Below are positions 38,778 through 52,794 of a stretch of DNA of 64,000 nucleotides, piece by piece; within the stretch, counting starts at the first letter, position 1; every line of letters starts with the position of its first letter. The position numbers and the translations under genes were made by a program. The notes under the pieces were generated by a model. The model ran no database searches, had not been told where the DNA came from, and saw only the letters and a program-made list of their open reading frames with translations. Location of the stretch: assembly GCF_006345805.1 (NCBI RefSeq), contig NC_043012.1:23746001-23810000 (forward strand), read 5' to 3'. This DNA is from Octopus sinensis (Eukaryota).

Positions 38778-38796
38778 TTAGTTACTAGCTGTGGAC
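38778..38796 (-). CDS. Candidate alternative terminal exon (phase 2: xSTASN*)
   Basis: Acceptor atatctttctactttatag followed by long U-rich sequence on minus (38550-38700). Confidence 0.25.
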
Positions 38797-40049
38797 CTAT
38801 AAAGTAGAAAGATATGGGATAATCTAATTATGCGAAGATCATCTAGTCAAAAAAAAATAAATAAATAAAATAAAAAAAATAATAATAATAATAATGAAAC
38901 AAAATATTAACAAATTTCATCAGTGATGGTAGTTGGTCAGAAAGAAAAGATGGAGAGGGAGAGAGGAGGAAGGGGGAGAAGAGTGGGAGGGAGAAAGGGA
39001 AGAGAGAGTGTGATGGGAGAAGCTGAGGTTAATTTTCTTTTTGTGTTACTGATTACGTTTTATGTATGATATGCACATATGTCTCATCTGTGTAGTGTCA
39101 CCACCATCATCCTTATTATTGTCATCATCATGTCATCCTCATCATCGACATCGTCCTCGTTACCATCAACATCACTGCTGGCGGTGGGACTAGGACCATA
39201 TAAGTGTATGTTTATCTTGTTTTGATTGTACTATTTTTGTTTTTTTCTTATTTTTCTATGCCACAGTGTGAAGGTTTGATAGGTCTGCAATGCAAAATCT
39301 CTTCTTTGTGTCTTAATTCAGTGAGTCATCTCATTTAATAATCTCTTTAGGACATCCACCCAGCTAGTCATACATACACATGCACACACACGCATACACA
39401 CACACACAACTCAGACAGTCCAAATGTAAAGCCACTCATATTTAAATAAAAATCTTGATCAGAATGAAATTCTCTATGTCAACATATATATATATATATA
39501 TAACACAATGGGCTTCTCTCAGTTTCCATCTACCAAATCTACACACAGGGTTGGGCCCAAGCAGTAGTATGTAGTTGGAAAAGAAACTTTTTAGTAATGG
39601 AGAATGAAGAATACAAAAAGCTTCCACTTTCCTATTTTGTTTCTTATATATATCTTCATATGATAATGATGTATCCGTCTAGGTGTCTGTAGCACTTTGT
39701 GTTTGTCCTCTATCATTGCTTGACAACCAGGGTTGGGTGTTTATATCCCTGTAACTTAGCAGTTCAGCAAAAGTGACTGCAAAAATAAGTAGCAAGCTTA
39801 ACAAAGATAGAAGTACTGAGATTGATCTATTTGACTAAACCCTTCAAAGTCCCAGAACATAATTAACCATGAAATTTTTATGGAAGATAATTTAAAACCA
39901 GGTAGTTTGGAACCTGAGACCTGGACATACCTTGGGTAAGTTATTGTCAAAAGTGTTGAAATATCACTAAATTAGAACAGGAGAGTTCAATGTTTGGATC
40001 AAAAACTTAACAAACAAGATTAACAAAGAAATTAAACCTCGCTTCATTT

Positions 40050-40394
40050 GGAGCAAAGATTTTTGCCAACATAACATGGCAGTCCTGGTTTAGGACAAAT
40101 GTTGTTGTAACTTAACCACAGGAGACATCGTCTCCAGCTGGGTATACGACATGATCTGTGTCCTTATATTTTTTGAACAATATCTGTGTATCATGATTTC
40201 TGAGTTATTTCTCTTCATCAGCGCAGAATAATTGTTTTGAGCTGAGTGGGGGTGCAGGATTCCCTTGTTCGAAAATATAAGGACACAGATTGTGTCATAT
40301 AGCCAGCTGGAGATGAGGTTTCCTGGGGCTAAATTATAGCAACATTCATCCTAAATCAGGACTGCCATGTTAATTTGGCAAAAATCTTTACTCC
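40050..40394. mobile_element. Fold-back MITE with ~130-bp imperfect terminal inverted repeats
   Basis: ggagcaaagatttttgccaacataacatggcagtcctg..gtgtccttatattttttgaacaa (40050-40180) vs ttgttcgaaaatataaggacac..caggactgccatgttaatttggcaaaaatctttactcc (40265-40394). Confidence 0.85.
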
Positions 40395-41705
40395 GAAGTA
40401 CTGTTGCTGAATATCTCTCGTCAGATCTAAAAATAGTAATTCTCGCATCATTTGTTCAGAGGTAGCATTCTTATACACCAAGCTAATACATTAATTGTTG
40501 TTTATTATGGGAAAATGCCTTCAACTGCAGCTCTGCATCTATCAAAGATTTGTAGTGGATTTAGTAGTCAGAAATTGTAAAAACACATTGTGTGTGTGAA
40601 TGCATGTTCAGAAAAAAAAAAACACTGTGCTGAATGGAACAGTGGTAAATGAATATGGGGATGCAAACAGTTTCATTCTGAGCCCCAGAGTTCTCCCCTT
40701 AACTTACCCAAATAAGACCCAGAAACCTGTCTTTAAACATACACAACACACAATAGTGTTTCATGGTTGGAAGAATATATAAAGTTAAATATAATAACAT
40801 ATGATCAATAAATAATAAATACCCTTAATTTTGTCGTTTGTTCAGCTCAGGTACCTTTGGGTTTTTGTTTTCTTTTCTCTAGAGCTATGCTGATTGGAAT
40901 GTGATTGACAATCCAAATAAGAAACACCCAACCTCACGGCATGGTCATGTAAGCACAAGCAATAATCAGCATATTCTGGGAAGCTGAGCATTTTGGATGG
41001 TTGTTGGGGCCTGCTTTTCAGATCAACCAGAATCTTTGACATATTGCTGACCCATGTTATCACACAGATCAATCCATGACAAGCAGAACATTGTTCACAA
41101 ATGAGCATACAGTGATATCCCAGATCAATGACGGATGAATCAGTGATAAATGAGGACAGATGCGTAAGTTAGGAGAAAAAATAGAGGCAAGATGAGTCTT
41201 CATTCTCAGAATGGTTCCAACAAGCAGCATATGTTTATAAATGGTAATTTTAATGGTTACAACTGCTAAGAATAGGTTTTCCCTCATTCAATGCAGATTT
41301 CTTAGAATTGTAATTATATACAGAGCATTTGCCAGGAAATTTTCAAAAATTACACTGGACAAAAATTTGTTAGCTTTCATTTTTTTTTCTCTAAAACAGC
41401 TATAAAAATATGGCTTATGAATATGTGTGTATGCTTTTTAAGTGCATACATACACACACAGGAACACACACACATACATATTTATATGTATATATATATA
41501 CATACACACGTGCACAAACATGTATATACATATACATACATACGTGCACACACACATATGTATAAGTACATATATATATACGTACATACACATATATATG
41601 TATACATACTTACAGTCATACTCATACATACACACACACATATATACATACACACACATATATACATATACATACATACACACACATATATATATATATA
41701 TATAC

Positions 41706-41740
<35 letters not shown>

Positions 41741-42340
41741 CATATATATACACACACATACATATATACAGATGAATGTGTATGTATTTGTGCATATAAA
41801 TATGAGTATCTATCAATGTATGTGTGTATACATACACACACACACACACACATATATATATGCATACATACACATACAAAAGAGAAAGTGTGAGCATGTG
41901 TGTTTGTCAATGTGTGCGGCAGGGATCATTGTATACACGAGTGTCCATTTTATACAAATTTCAGCAGCATATTTGGGGGAAAAGAAATTTTTTCAAGTTA
42001 AAGGAAATTGAAAATTTTGGGAAAAATCAATTTTCAATTTCCCTGGAATCAAAAAAAAAAAAGGATAAATAAATAAAACGTTTACTTGGAATAAGAACTA
42101 AAGATGTGTGTGTGTGTGTGCATGTGTTAGTGTGTATGTGTGTGTGTATTCTAATATTAGCTGTAACAGATGTGGCAGTAGACGTATATGTACGTGGTCT
42201 AATATTAGATACAACAATTATAAAGTTGATTGTGTATATATGTGTGTATGCATGAGTGTGTGCATGTGTTCTATTTTATATGTATATGCATGTTATGTGT
42301 ACATATATCTATTTATCAATCCTCACCCTCTCTATCTCAT

Positions 42341-42372
<32 letters not shown>

Positions 42373-42417
42373 CACACACATATATATATATATAAATATA
42401 CATACATACACTCGCAT

Positions 42418-42456
<39 letters not shown>

Positions 42457-43988
42457 AAGTTATGTATGTTTATGTACACACACAGGCACATATACATATA
42501 TATATATATATAAATACACACACGCACATGTACCCATATATATGTAGAATGTATATGTGCATGTGTGTGTGTGTGTGTTTCTGTAGCTACATACAATCTA
42601 AATTAGGAAACATATTTTAACATAGTTTTGATGGGGTGGGATGGGTGTAGCAAGTTTTAAAATGTGTCTTGAATTCGGAAAGGATAGACACAGAGTCAGT
42701 AAGATAGACAGACAGAACGATGAAGTAAGGTAAAGTTGTAACCGCTTTTTAACATGCTTTTTAATTAAGTAATTTTATGTAGAGCATAGCAAATACTTTT
42801 TATTTACTGATTTTGTATAGATATATATATATATATTTGAACATATACACCTGCCCGTATGCAAAGAATATACATATACATACATAAGTCAAGGAAGAAG
42901 ATGAAGAGTCAGTGTAGCACAAGTTTAATACTCGTTACATTTGTTTCGGTACCATTCCTTTTCGAACTACATTACATAAAAATGATTAAACCTGATCAAA
43001 TACATAATCATCATCATCATCATCAACATCACCACACCGCCACTTAATGTCCATGCTAGATGCTGGTATAGGTTTGCTAGTTTAACAAGATCCAGTAAAC
43101 CCACAGGCTGTATTGTGCTGCTGTGTCTGCTTTGGAATGGGTTCTGTGGTTTGATGTCCTTTCTAACACCAACCACTTGGCAGTATGTACTAAGCTCTTT
43201 TTCATTTTCTTTTTTTTCTTTCTGAACCCATCAGGAGCGAGGCTGTCATGCAATTTGAAAGGTTACAAACCCTGGGAGATCAAGTTAAAGCTAAGAGATG
43301 TGGGGAGAAAGATAGCATGAGAGAAAGGGTCAGAGTGGAACAGGTTTCTTACTGTGGTGAAGCTACACAACTTGCCATATTTTAGGGGAGGAAGAGAGAG
43401 AGAGAGACCGACAGACAGAGTATGAGTGAGTGAACGATGGGAATCGGAGAGTACTGAAGATGAGTGACAGCAAAGAACAGTAGAATAGTAATGACCAAGC
43501 AGTAGACAGGAGAAGGATGAGAGATGGATGGGTAAGTTGAATATGCCAAAGTGTCACATTTCAGACTCCTACTATACTGTACAACTGGTAAACAGGGTGT
43601 AAACATATACAGATATTAGGTCATTTTATCATGCATAATCACTTACATAAGATCTGGATCAAGACAGAATGCTACTGATACAAGTGCAATGCATATTATA
43701 ATTGTGCTACATTAATTATTCATCTTCGTCCAGGACTTGTTTATTACGCGATGAAACATTTCCATACCAGTTATTCCAATGGGTAAGAACCTGACATTCC
43801 TGCATCATTACATATGCCTCAATTTAAGTACTGGTCTTGAAGTGTAGACAGTCAGTAGTCCATAGTGAGTGCTGAATATGGAATGTACCAGGTTTCTACC
43901 CAATACAAACATTATAATGCAAATACACACATGAACACACACACACACATATATATATATTTAACTATATATACACACATGATACGAG

Positions 43989-44020
<32 letters not shown>

Positions 44021-44536
44021 ACTATATATACACTCATGATACGAGCACACACACAAACACTGTATGTGTGTGTATGTGTATATATATATTACTGTTTTGA
44101 TCACACTGTCCTGTTGTTGTTACCACGTTCACCCTCCCCCCAAAAATTCCCAAATTTTATTTAATTTGCTTTGTGGGAAGGACTGTTTCAACGAAGTTGC
44201 ATATTGTACTTGCCTTCATAACATGGAGTAGATGAAACAAGGACAACTGATGAAGGGGAATATTCTTTATGTTATATGTCTCGTTTCTCTGCTTGATTTT
44301 TTCATTGTTCAAATAAAAAGTTCATTTTCTATTTTTTGTTATTATCTTTTTGTTTCTCATTGTGTTCAACGTTTTTTTGATGTCCTGTACACATATATGC
44401 ATCCATATATACATATATATGTAGGTATGTACATATATAAGTATGTATATATTTATAGATTATCTATATTATTGTATGATTGAATGCCACACATCCTTTT
44501 CCAAGTAAGTTTTATCTATCTATCTATCTATGTAAC

Positions 44537-44572
<36 letters not shown>

Positions 44573-44577
44573 GTAAC

Positions 44578-44644
<67 letters not shown>

Positions 44645-44645
<1 letters not shown>

Positions 44646-44980
44646 GAAGGTGCATGGCTCAGTGGTTAGAGCATCGAGCTTACGATCATGAGGTTGCGAG
44701 TGTGATTCCCGGACTGGGCTGCATGTTGTGTTCATGAGCAAGACTCTTTGTTTCACATTGCTCCAGTTCACTCAGCTGTAGAAATGAGTTGCGACGTCAC
44801 AGGTGCCAAGCAGTATTGGCCCCTTTGCCTTTCACTTGGATAACACCAGTGGAGTGGAGAGGGGAGGCTGGTATGCTTGAGCGACTGCTGGTCTTCCATA
44901 AACAACCTTGCCTGGACTTGTGCCTCAGGGGGTAACTTATTAGGTGCAAACCCATGGTCACTCATGACCAAAGAGGTCTC
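44645..44980 (+). mobile_element. tRNA-derived SINE family C (related pieces at ~16450-16670, 30200-30330, 30530-30770)
   Basis: catggctcagtggttagagcatc head, ttgctccagttcactcagctgt central block. Confidence 0.8.
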
Positions 44981-45079
44981 TCTCTCTATGTGTGTGTGTG
45001 TGTGTGTGTAAAATGAAGCTCATAAGTATGATGTGGCCCTTCAAGCAGTGTAGAGCTGTGCCACCCAATAAATATATAT

Positions 45080-45292
45080 TCTTTACTAATCTAGTCACAA
45101 GGCCCTAAATTTTGGGGGAGGGGGCAGTCGATTAGATCGCCCCCATTACGCAACTGATACTTAATTTATTGACCCCGAAAGAATAAAAGGGAAAGTTGAG
45201 CTCGGTGGAATTTGAACTCAGAATATAAAGACAGATGAAACAATACTAAGCATTTCACCCGGGGTGCAAATGATTCTGCCAGCTCCCTGCCT
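45080..45292 (-). mobile_element. SINE family B
   Basis: cacaaggccctaaattttggggg..ggaatttgaactcagaat..ctgccagctc. Confidence 0.82.
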
Positions 45293-45652
45293 TGTAAAGT
45301 AAATGGTGGGAGATGTAAAGTAAATGTAGACAGGTGGAAGACTATCAGATGGAATGTACCAGTAATTCAAAGGGTCAGCTTTGTACATGTGTTAATTTAA
45401 TGAGTGTGAAGGTAGTTTCATCACTGTAACTAATGAAAGATCCACCAAATATGTTTAACGAACCAATCATTTGCCTTCCATAACAGGATTTCTAAATTTC
45501 ACTCACTCAATAGGTGAAATGACAGACACATGGTTGAGAGGGAGACAGAGAGACATGATGCATAACGTATATACACACAAGCACATGAGTATATGTGTAT
45601 ATATACATATATATATATATATACACACATGAATATACATATATGTATGTAA

Positions 45653-45694
<42 letters not shown>

Positions 45695-45861
45695 GTGTAT
45701 ACGTATACATATACATAAGTATATATATATATATATATATATAATAAAAACATATGCATATATAACACATATAGAAACTAATACATATATACATATGTAT
45801 ATACAAACATACATATATATATACAAACATATGTGTATATAAAGACATATACAAAAAATAT

Positions 45862-46135
45862 AAGCATGCACATATGTAAAGATATATGCATATATATATA
45901 TATAAGCATGCACATATGTAAAGATATATGCATATATATATATATATAAGCATGCACATATGTAAAGATATATGCATATATATATATATAAGCATGCACA
46001 TATGTAAAGATATATGCATATATATATATATAAGCATGCACATATGTAAAGATATATGCATATATATATATATAAGCATGCACATATTTAAAGATATATG
46101 CATATATATATATATAAGCATGCACATATGTAAAG

Positions 46136-46174
<39 letters not shown>

Positions 46175-46185
46175 ATAAGCATGTG
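45862..46185. repeat. 42-44 bp minisatellite, ~7 copies (aagcatgcacatatgtaaagatatatgc + (AT)n)
   Basis: Units start at 45862, 45904, 45948, 45990, 46032, 46074, 46116. Confidence 0.92.
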
Positions 46186-46733
46186 TGTATATATACACAT
46201 ATATTCACACACACGCAATTTATACCAAACAGAAATAACAGGTATTAAAATCATGAAGAAGCAGCAAAACGATAAGGATAACAGTGAGGCGTAATAACAA
46301 TGAATTCCAACAATGGTCGAGAAACACAGGAGTTTGGAAAAAAAATGCGAAAATACGTTGACATATTGCAAAGAATTATGGTGTTAACGTGTGATAATAT
46401 ACATGAATAATACAGAGAGGTGATGATGTGATAAACATATGCGCGATAAACTGCTAAAATGGATTAAAAGACTGAGAAAAGCTTTGTTAAAAAATTCTAA
46501 AACACTCATTCTGAAGGAACAGAAGAGCTATAGAAGGAACTCTTTCAGTCAAAGACGAATGCATCAACATTGGTGGATGCCATCCGATTATCTTGTTTCA
46601 ATATGCATGTATTGGTGTGAAAATTCATACATGCAGATATAAATACATACATATACACATACAAACATATATATATATATATATATATATATGTATTTGT
46701 GTGTGGTATATATCTATAGTATTTGTGTGTGTG

Positions 46734-46773
<40 letters not shown>

Positions 46774-46792
46774 TATGTGTATATATAGTGTG

Positions 46793-46836
<44 letters not shown>

Positions 46837-47024
46837 GTATATATATAGATATAGATACATGCATACATATGTGCGTGTATGCGTTTATGTATTTGCATGT
46901 ATACATTTTTATATGCATTAATGCATGGTCATGCATGTACATTGTTTGCATGTATGTATAACGAAAAATAGAAACACAGAAGACTAAGTGAACATACATA
47001 TATAAGTAAATATACATATATTAG

Positions 47025-47079
<55 letters not shown>

Positions 47080-47785
47080 GAATGTATATGTATATATGTA
47101 GGTGTACATATATGAATGTATGTACGTATATATCTATGTATGAATGTGTGTGTGCATGTATGTGCATGTATACACACACACAAAGATGTATATATATATA
47201 TATTTATATAAATGTACACACACATACAGACACATAATTGTGAGCTTAAATAAATAATGCACACACACACACACACACACACAACAGTCTAAAACACACA
47301 CATATATGCATGTGTAAGTGTGTGTGTGTGTGCATGCTCGAGAAAATAAACATACATATTGCAACATTGTCATTTACAAACATTTCACCCATGTTTGTAT
47401 ATGTTTGATGGAACATAACACACACACACACACACACGTGTATACATAGACAAATCAGAGTGGGTGAGTGGGCACGTGTGTAAATATATAATTATTCTTG
47501 TCTCTATTTGTCTTATCTACACTAAATTGAAAAACTATCACTCTAAGACACATTCAAAAGATGAAACTGTTAATCTACTCTCCAGCAAAAACACACAAGC
47601 ACATCCAGATTGTGGCATCACATGGCGGCTTTACTCTTATACGATGTGACATCCATACTCACACATATATATATACATATATATATTCAGAACGCACTCT
47701 CAGATGACAGGTGTGTATAATATATTTATAAACACACACACACAAACATTAACATTCAAGCACAAAAACACATATATATACATGG

Positions 47786-47885
<100 letters not shown>

Positions 47886-48019
47886 CACACATATATATAT
47901 ACCACATATATATGTACATATATATATATATATGTATTTGCATGTATACTCATATATACATATACAAACATATATATATATATATATGTGTGTATGTGTT
48001 TGTATATATATGTATAATA

Positions 48020-48050
<31 letters not shown>

Positions 48051-48666
48051 ATATAGATGCAAATACATATATGTACACACATACATGTATGTGTATGTAT
48101 ATATATATGTAGGTGAGTGTGTGTGTATATATATATTATATATATATTGGTGCCTTGTGTACCATTTATCTACTTTTATATGTATATATATATATATATT
48201 ATATATATATATATATATACATACATATATATATATATATACGAATGTAAACAATATGTAAGAATACGCAGCAGGAATGTAAAAGCTTCCTTGCCACATC
48301 TATTGTTATGACAGTCTTGTTCAATAGATTGTCCGAAATCGGAGATCAATAAGCCAAACAAGCCTCGAATAAAATTTCGAAATCGCAACAGTTGCACTTT
48401 GGAATAAATGTTGTTTTTTAATTCCGTCAAAAGGAACAAGTTTTTGAAACATTCGTAAGCGATGAATACACATCCACAGAAAGAGATAGAACCATGTGTG
48501 TGTGTGTGTGTGTGTGCATAAATACGCAGACACACATGTGCGTGCACAGGCATATCCACACAAACACACATTCATGTTTGGAAACGCTATATCTTACCAT
48601 ATATGTTCTTGTATTGAGACATGCATAGAAATATATAATACAAACACACACAGAGCTCTATCTTAA

Positions 48667-48887
48667 CCCTTTTGTTACCGTATTTATTTTGAGGTGCTCT
48701 GTAGTTCTTTCAATTACTTTAAATATAACAAAGAATTTAGTACAATAACTTAGTTATCATTAAGCTAGTGTTAGGAATATAAATTGTGACTAAGGTTTGG
48801 TGGAAGATTTTAATTCAGAACTTTTGAAAACAAGACATTTGTACTACAAAGTCAGAGGCGGTTTCGGGCAGGTTGATATCGAAAGGG
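48667..48887 (-). mobile_element. piggyBac-type MITE family 1, 221 bp, TTAA TSD
   Basis: TTAA CCCTTTTGTTAC...ATATCGAAAGGG TTAA; reverse match to 7393-7613. Confidence 0.9.
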
Positions 48888-48894
48888 TTAACAG

Positions 48895-49070
48895 GTGATT
48901 GTCATCCCCTTGTGCTTCCTCTTCAACAGAATTTTTGACTTTCCATCCATGACCTCTCAGATGACTATTCAATCCTGTTGCAGCTCTGCCTGTTTTCGAG
49001 CATAAGTAACAGATGTAAGATGTGACTGTCCACTTCCAAATGGTTGGGTTTACACATGTCACCATCGCTT
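48895..49070 (-). mobile_element. Old RTE-type LINE C-terminal zinc-finger relic
   Basis: YICYLCSKTGRAATGLNSHLRGH (CxxC..GLxSHxRxH). Confidence 0.55.
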
Positions 49071-49964
49071 TCCCATTGCCTTAGGCCTTTCAGTAGACAG
49101 AATGATGAACAGATACACACATACACACACGCATATCTATTTACATAGACAAAGAAATTGATAGATAACTACATATACATCTATAGGTAAATGAGAGGTC
49201 GCTAGCTTGGAAACTCTAAGTACATATGTACGTACATATAAAAGTTCAGGCAAAGACCGTGAATTTCAGAAATTTGTAGCCACGTAATTTTGGTTTCGGT
49301 CTCACTGTATGGCATCTAGACCCATTTAGCTAGCCATATCTAACCCAAATATTCTATCCTTTTTATATTGAAACTGGTTAAATCCAACATCTCATACCCA
49401 CCCTACAATGCCATTGGAGAAACAAAGCTGTCACATGATTAAAATCTCAAAGCTTTGAGATAATGCATGATTAGTGCCAGGCAATGTGAAGAAATAAGCA
49501 GAATGTTTGACAGAAATTGCCTACTATAGGACTGGAGCTGACCAAAACGTAGCATGTAGATTCAGTGGACAGAAACTGAGAGAAGCTCAACACACATATG
49601 CGCACACATATGTGTGTGTGTGTGTGTGGAAGCATGTGTGTGTACATGCATGTACGAACATATTTACATGTATGCTAAAGTGTCCTTGCCTTCACCTCAG
49701 GCACTAATTGTAAACGAGTGTCATGATCATACAGGCAGTGTTGTTTGCACATCTCTGTGAACACATGTCTCTCAACTGAGCTGGTTTTGTTGGGAAGAAT
49801 ATGAAAGATATTACTTTACTTGGAAACAGGAGAAGGTTGGGGACATGAAGAACGTTCTACTGCAGAAAAATCTGACTTGATAAAATTTCATCTGACCAAC
49901 CAAACAATGATGAAGATGATATATATATATACATACACACCAATTGATACAGAACTATATCTCT

Positions 49965-50335
49965 CTCGTGGCACTCCGTCGGTTACGACGAAGAGGGTTC
50001 CAGTTGATCTAATCAATGGAACAGCCTGCTCGTGAAATTAACGTGCAAGTGGCTGAGCACTCCACAGACACTTGTACCTTTAATGTAGTTCTCAGGGAGA
50101 TTCAGTGTGACACAGAGTGTGACATGGCTGGCCCTTTGAAATACAGGTACAACAGAAACAGAAGAAAGAGTGAGAGAAAGAGTACAGCAGGGTCCATCGA
50201 CATCCCCTGCCAGAGTCTTGTGGAGGTTTAAGTGTTTTCGTGCAATAAACACTCACAACACCCGGTCCGGGAATCGAAACTGCGATCCTATGACCGCGAC
50301 TCCACTGCCCTAACCACTGGGCCATAGCACCTCCA
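49965..50335 (-). mobile_element. tRNA-derived SINE (family C-related)
   Basis: Minus head ggaggtgctatggcccagtggttagggcag..gtttcgattcccggaccggg. Confidence 0.8.
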
Positions 50336-50750
50336 CACAGAACTATATATAGATATACACACGCATAACAATATACACAGAATTATACAAACATAAGCAA
50401 TAGTGCAGAAGCGTGTTGTGCATATGTGTATGTCTATGCAAATGTCATTGTGTCTGTGTTTGCCTCCAGCAACACTCAGCAAACGGTGTTGGTTTGTTTA
50501 TGTTTCTGAAACTTGATGGTTTAGCAACAGAAAGCAATAGTTTAGAAGCAAACTTACAAAAGAAGTTCTGCATTGATTTGTTTGACTACAACCCTTCAAG
50601 TTGGTTCCCCAACAGGGCTGCAGACCAACAAATAAAAAATTTTTTTTTAAAAAGCCACAAGTTATGTAATGTATATATGCAATGAAAATTAGCTTAAAAA
50701 AGCAACTCAGAATGGCTGCTGGCAAGTATTTCAACAACAAAGAGTATTAA

Positions 50751-50972
50751 GCCTTTCGTTACCAACCCGGCTAAAACCGGCTTTGGCTCTGTAGTATAAA
50801 TGTCTTCCTTTCCTAAGTTTTCAATTAAAATCTTCCACTAAATCTTAGTCACAATTTATGTTCCTAAACACTAGCTTAATGATAACTAAGTTATTTTACT
50901 AAATTCTTTGTTACATTTAAAATAATTGAAAGAAACACAGATCATCTCAAAATAAATACGGTAGCAAAAGGG
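50751..50972 (+). mobile_element. piggyBac-type MITE family 1, ~222 bp, TTAA TSD
   Basis: TTAA gCCTTTCGTTACC...GGTAGCAAAAGGG TTAA; colinear with 7393-7613. Confidence 0.9.
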
Positions 50973-51475
50973 TTAAATACTATGCAAGAAAGATTCTTCA
51001 TTTATTGTAGTTATTTCCATTTTTAAGGATAAATGGGGTAAATGGCTTGGTGGCAAAAGGGACCAACTTCAAATGAGAAGATTATCTCAGGAATTAAGAA
51101 TTTCTCCAAAACTGACAGGCCATTGAAGAGAAAACAGTCTGATTATTGGATGAGCAAACATTTAGGTGCATCTCTCAAAAGAAAATCAGTTGCAACAAGT
51201 TTCGTATGGTCCATGGAAGCAAAGAATAAGCTGACATCAAAATGCTGAAGGTGACGATTAGGATGATATAAAGAGAAACCAAGAAAGGGGGGGGGGTCAT
51301 CCTTGTCATTGAATGTCCTCCTTCCATGTTGGCTTCAGTCAGACATTTTGACAAAAGCTGACCAGTTTGGAAGCAGTGCATTAAATGATGAGATATACAC
51401 AAAACTTTAAGAAGTATTTTGCCTAGATTACTAATCCCTAATTAATCTCTCTTTGTTTTGATATATTTAGATACA

Positions 51476-51945
51476 GAAGCATGGCTGTCAGACTAATAAG
51501 TTTGCTTCTCAGCCACTCGGATCTGGGTTCAGTCCCACTGTGTGGTACCTCAGGCAAGTGTCTTGTGTTATAGTGTCAGGCCAACCAAAGTCTTGCGAGT
51601 GGATCTGGTAGACAGAAACCGAAGAAAGCTCATCATATATGATACACATATATGCATACACATATATGTATATATATGTGTGTGTGGATGTGTGGCATGC
51701 ATGTGTCTCCTTGTCCAGATATTGCATGATAGCAGTAAATGAGTGTCACTCTCATACAAGCAGCGTCATTCATATTCACTATTCTGCAAGATCATGACTG
51801 GCCGTGGGGTAAGTATTACCTTGCTGGGAACCAGGTAAGTGTTGGCGACAGCAACAGCACCTGACTATAGGAAATCTGCCTCAACAAACACCATCCAACA
51901 CATGCAAGCACGAAAAAGCAGACACTTAAAATGATGATGATGATG
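51476..51945 (+). mobile_element. SINE family A head with RTE-type tail
   Basis: gggttcagtcccactg head; gttggcgacag..ccaacacatgcaagcacgaaaaagcagac..aaatgatgatgatg tail. Confidence 0.75.
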
Positions 51946-52794
51946 GAAATAACACACACACATATATATACATATATATAATATATATATCTACACATAT
52001 ATATATACATATATATTATATATATATATATATTATATATATTATATATACATATATATATATACATATAACTATATACATATATATAACATATATATAT
52101 ATATACATATATATACATTATATATATACATATATATCATATATATATATACATATATAATATATATACATTATATATAACTACATATATATATATATCA
52201 TCATCATCATCATTTAGCGTCCGTTTTCCATGCTAGCAGGGTTGGACGGTTCTACTGGGGTCTGTGAAGCCAGAAGGCTTCATCAGGCCCAGTCAAATCT
52301 GGCAGTGTTTCTACGGCTGGATGCCCTTCCTAACGCCAACCACTCCGTGAGTGTAGTGGGTGCTTTTTACGTGCCACCCGCACTGGTGCCAGACAGAGCT
52401 GGCAAACGGCCACGAACGGATGGTGCTTTTATGTGCCACCGGCACGAGGGCCAGGCGAGGCTGCAACGGACACGAAACGGGGCGGTGCTGGCAACGGTCG
52501 CGAAACGGAAAGTTCTCTACATGCCACCGGCACTGGTAACACTCTGCAATTTCCATGATCGATTTCCATTGATCGATTTCGATTCTGATCCTCACTTGCC
52601 TCAATGGGTCTTCACAAGCAGAGTTTCGACATGCCACCGGCACTGGTAGCACATCCGCAATTTCCATTGATCGATTTCGATTCTGATCCTCACTTGCCTC
52701 AACACGTCTTCACAAGTAGAGTTTTGTGTCCCAAGAAGGGAAGTATGCATACGTAGGCTGGCTCCATCCCATGTAGAAGGCACGGGTTGTGGAC

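Noticed and set aside
40392-40426. 35-nt minus exon candidate (DLTRDIQQQYFG or SDERYSATVLR)
   Set aside because: Weak donor supplied by the MITE end, non-symmetric length, no other support
44240-44290. caactgatgaagggg hammerhead-like start
   Set aside because: No stem II closure or GAAA follows
51042-51248. ORF faintly resembling a mariner HTH region or a plus-strand exon
   Set aside because: Similarity too weak, with no TIR or DDD motifs to confirm it
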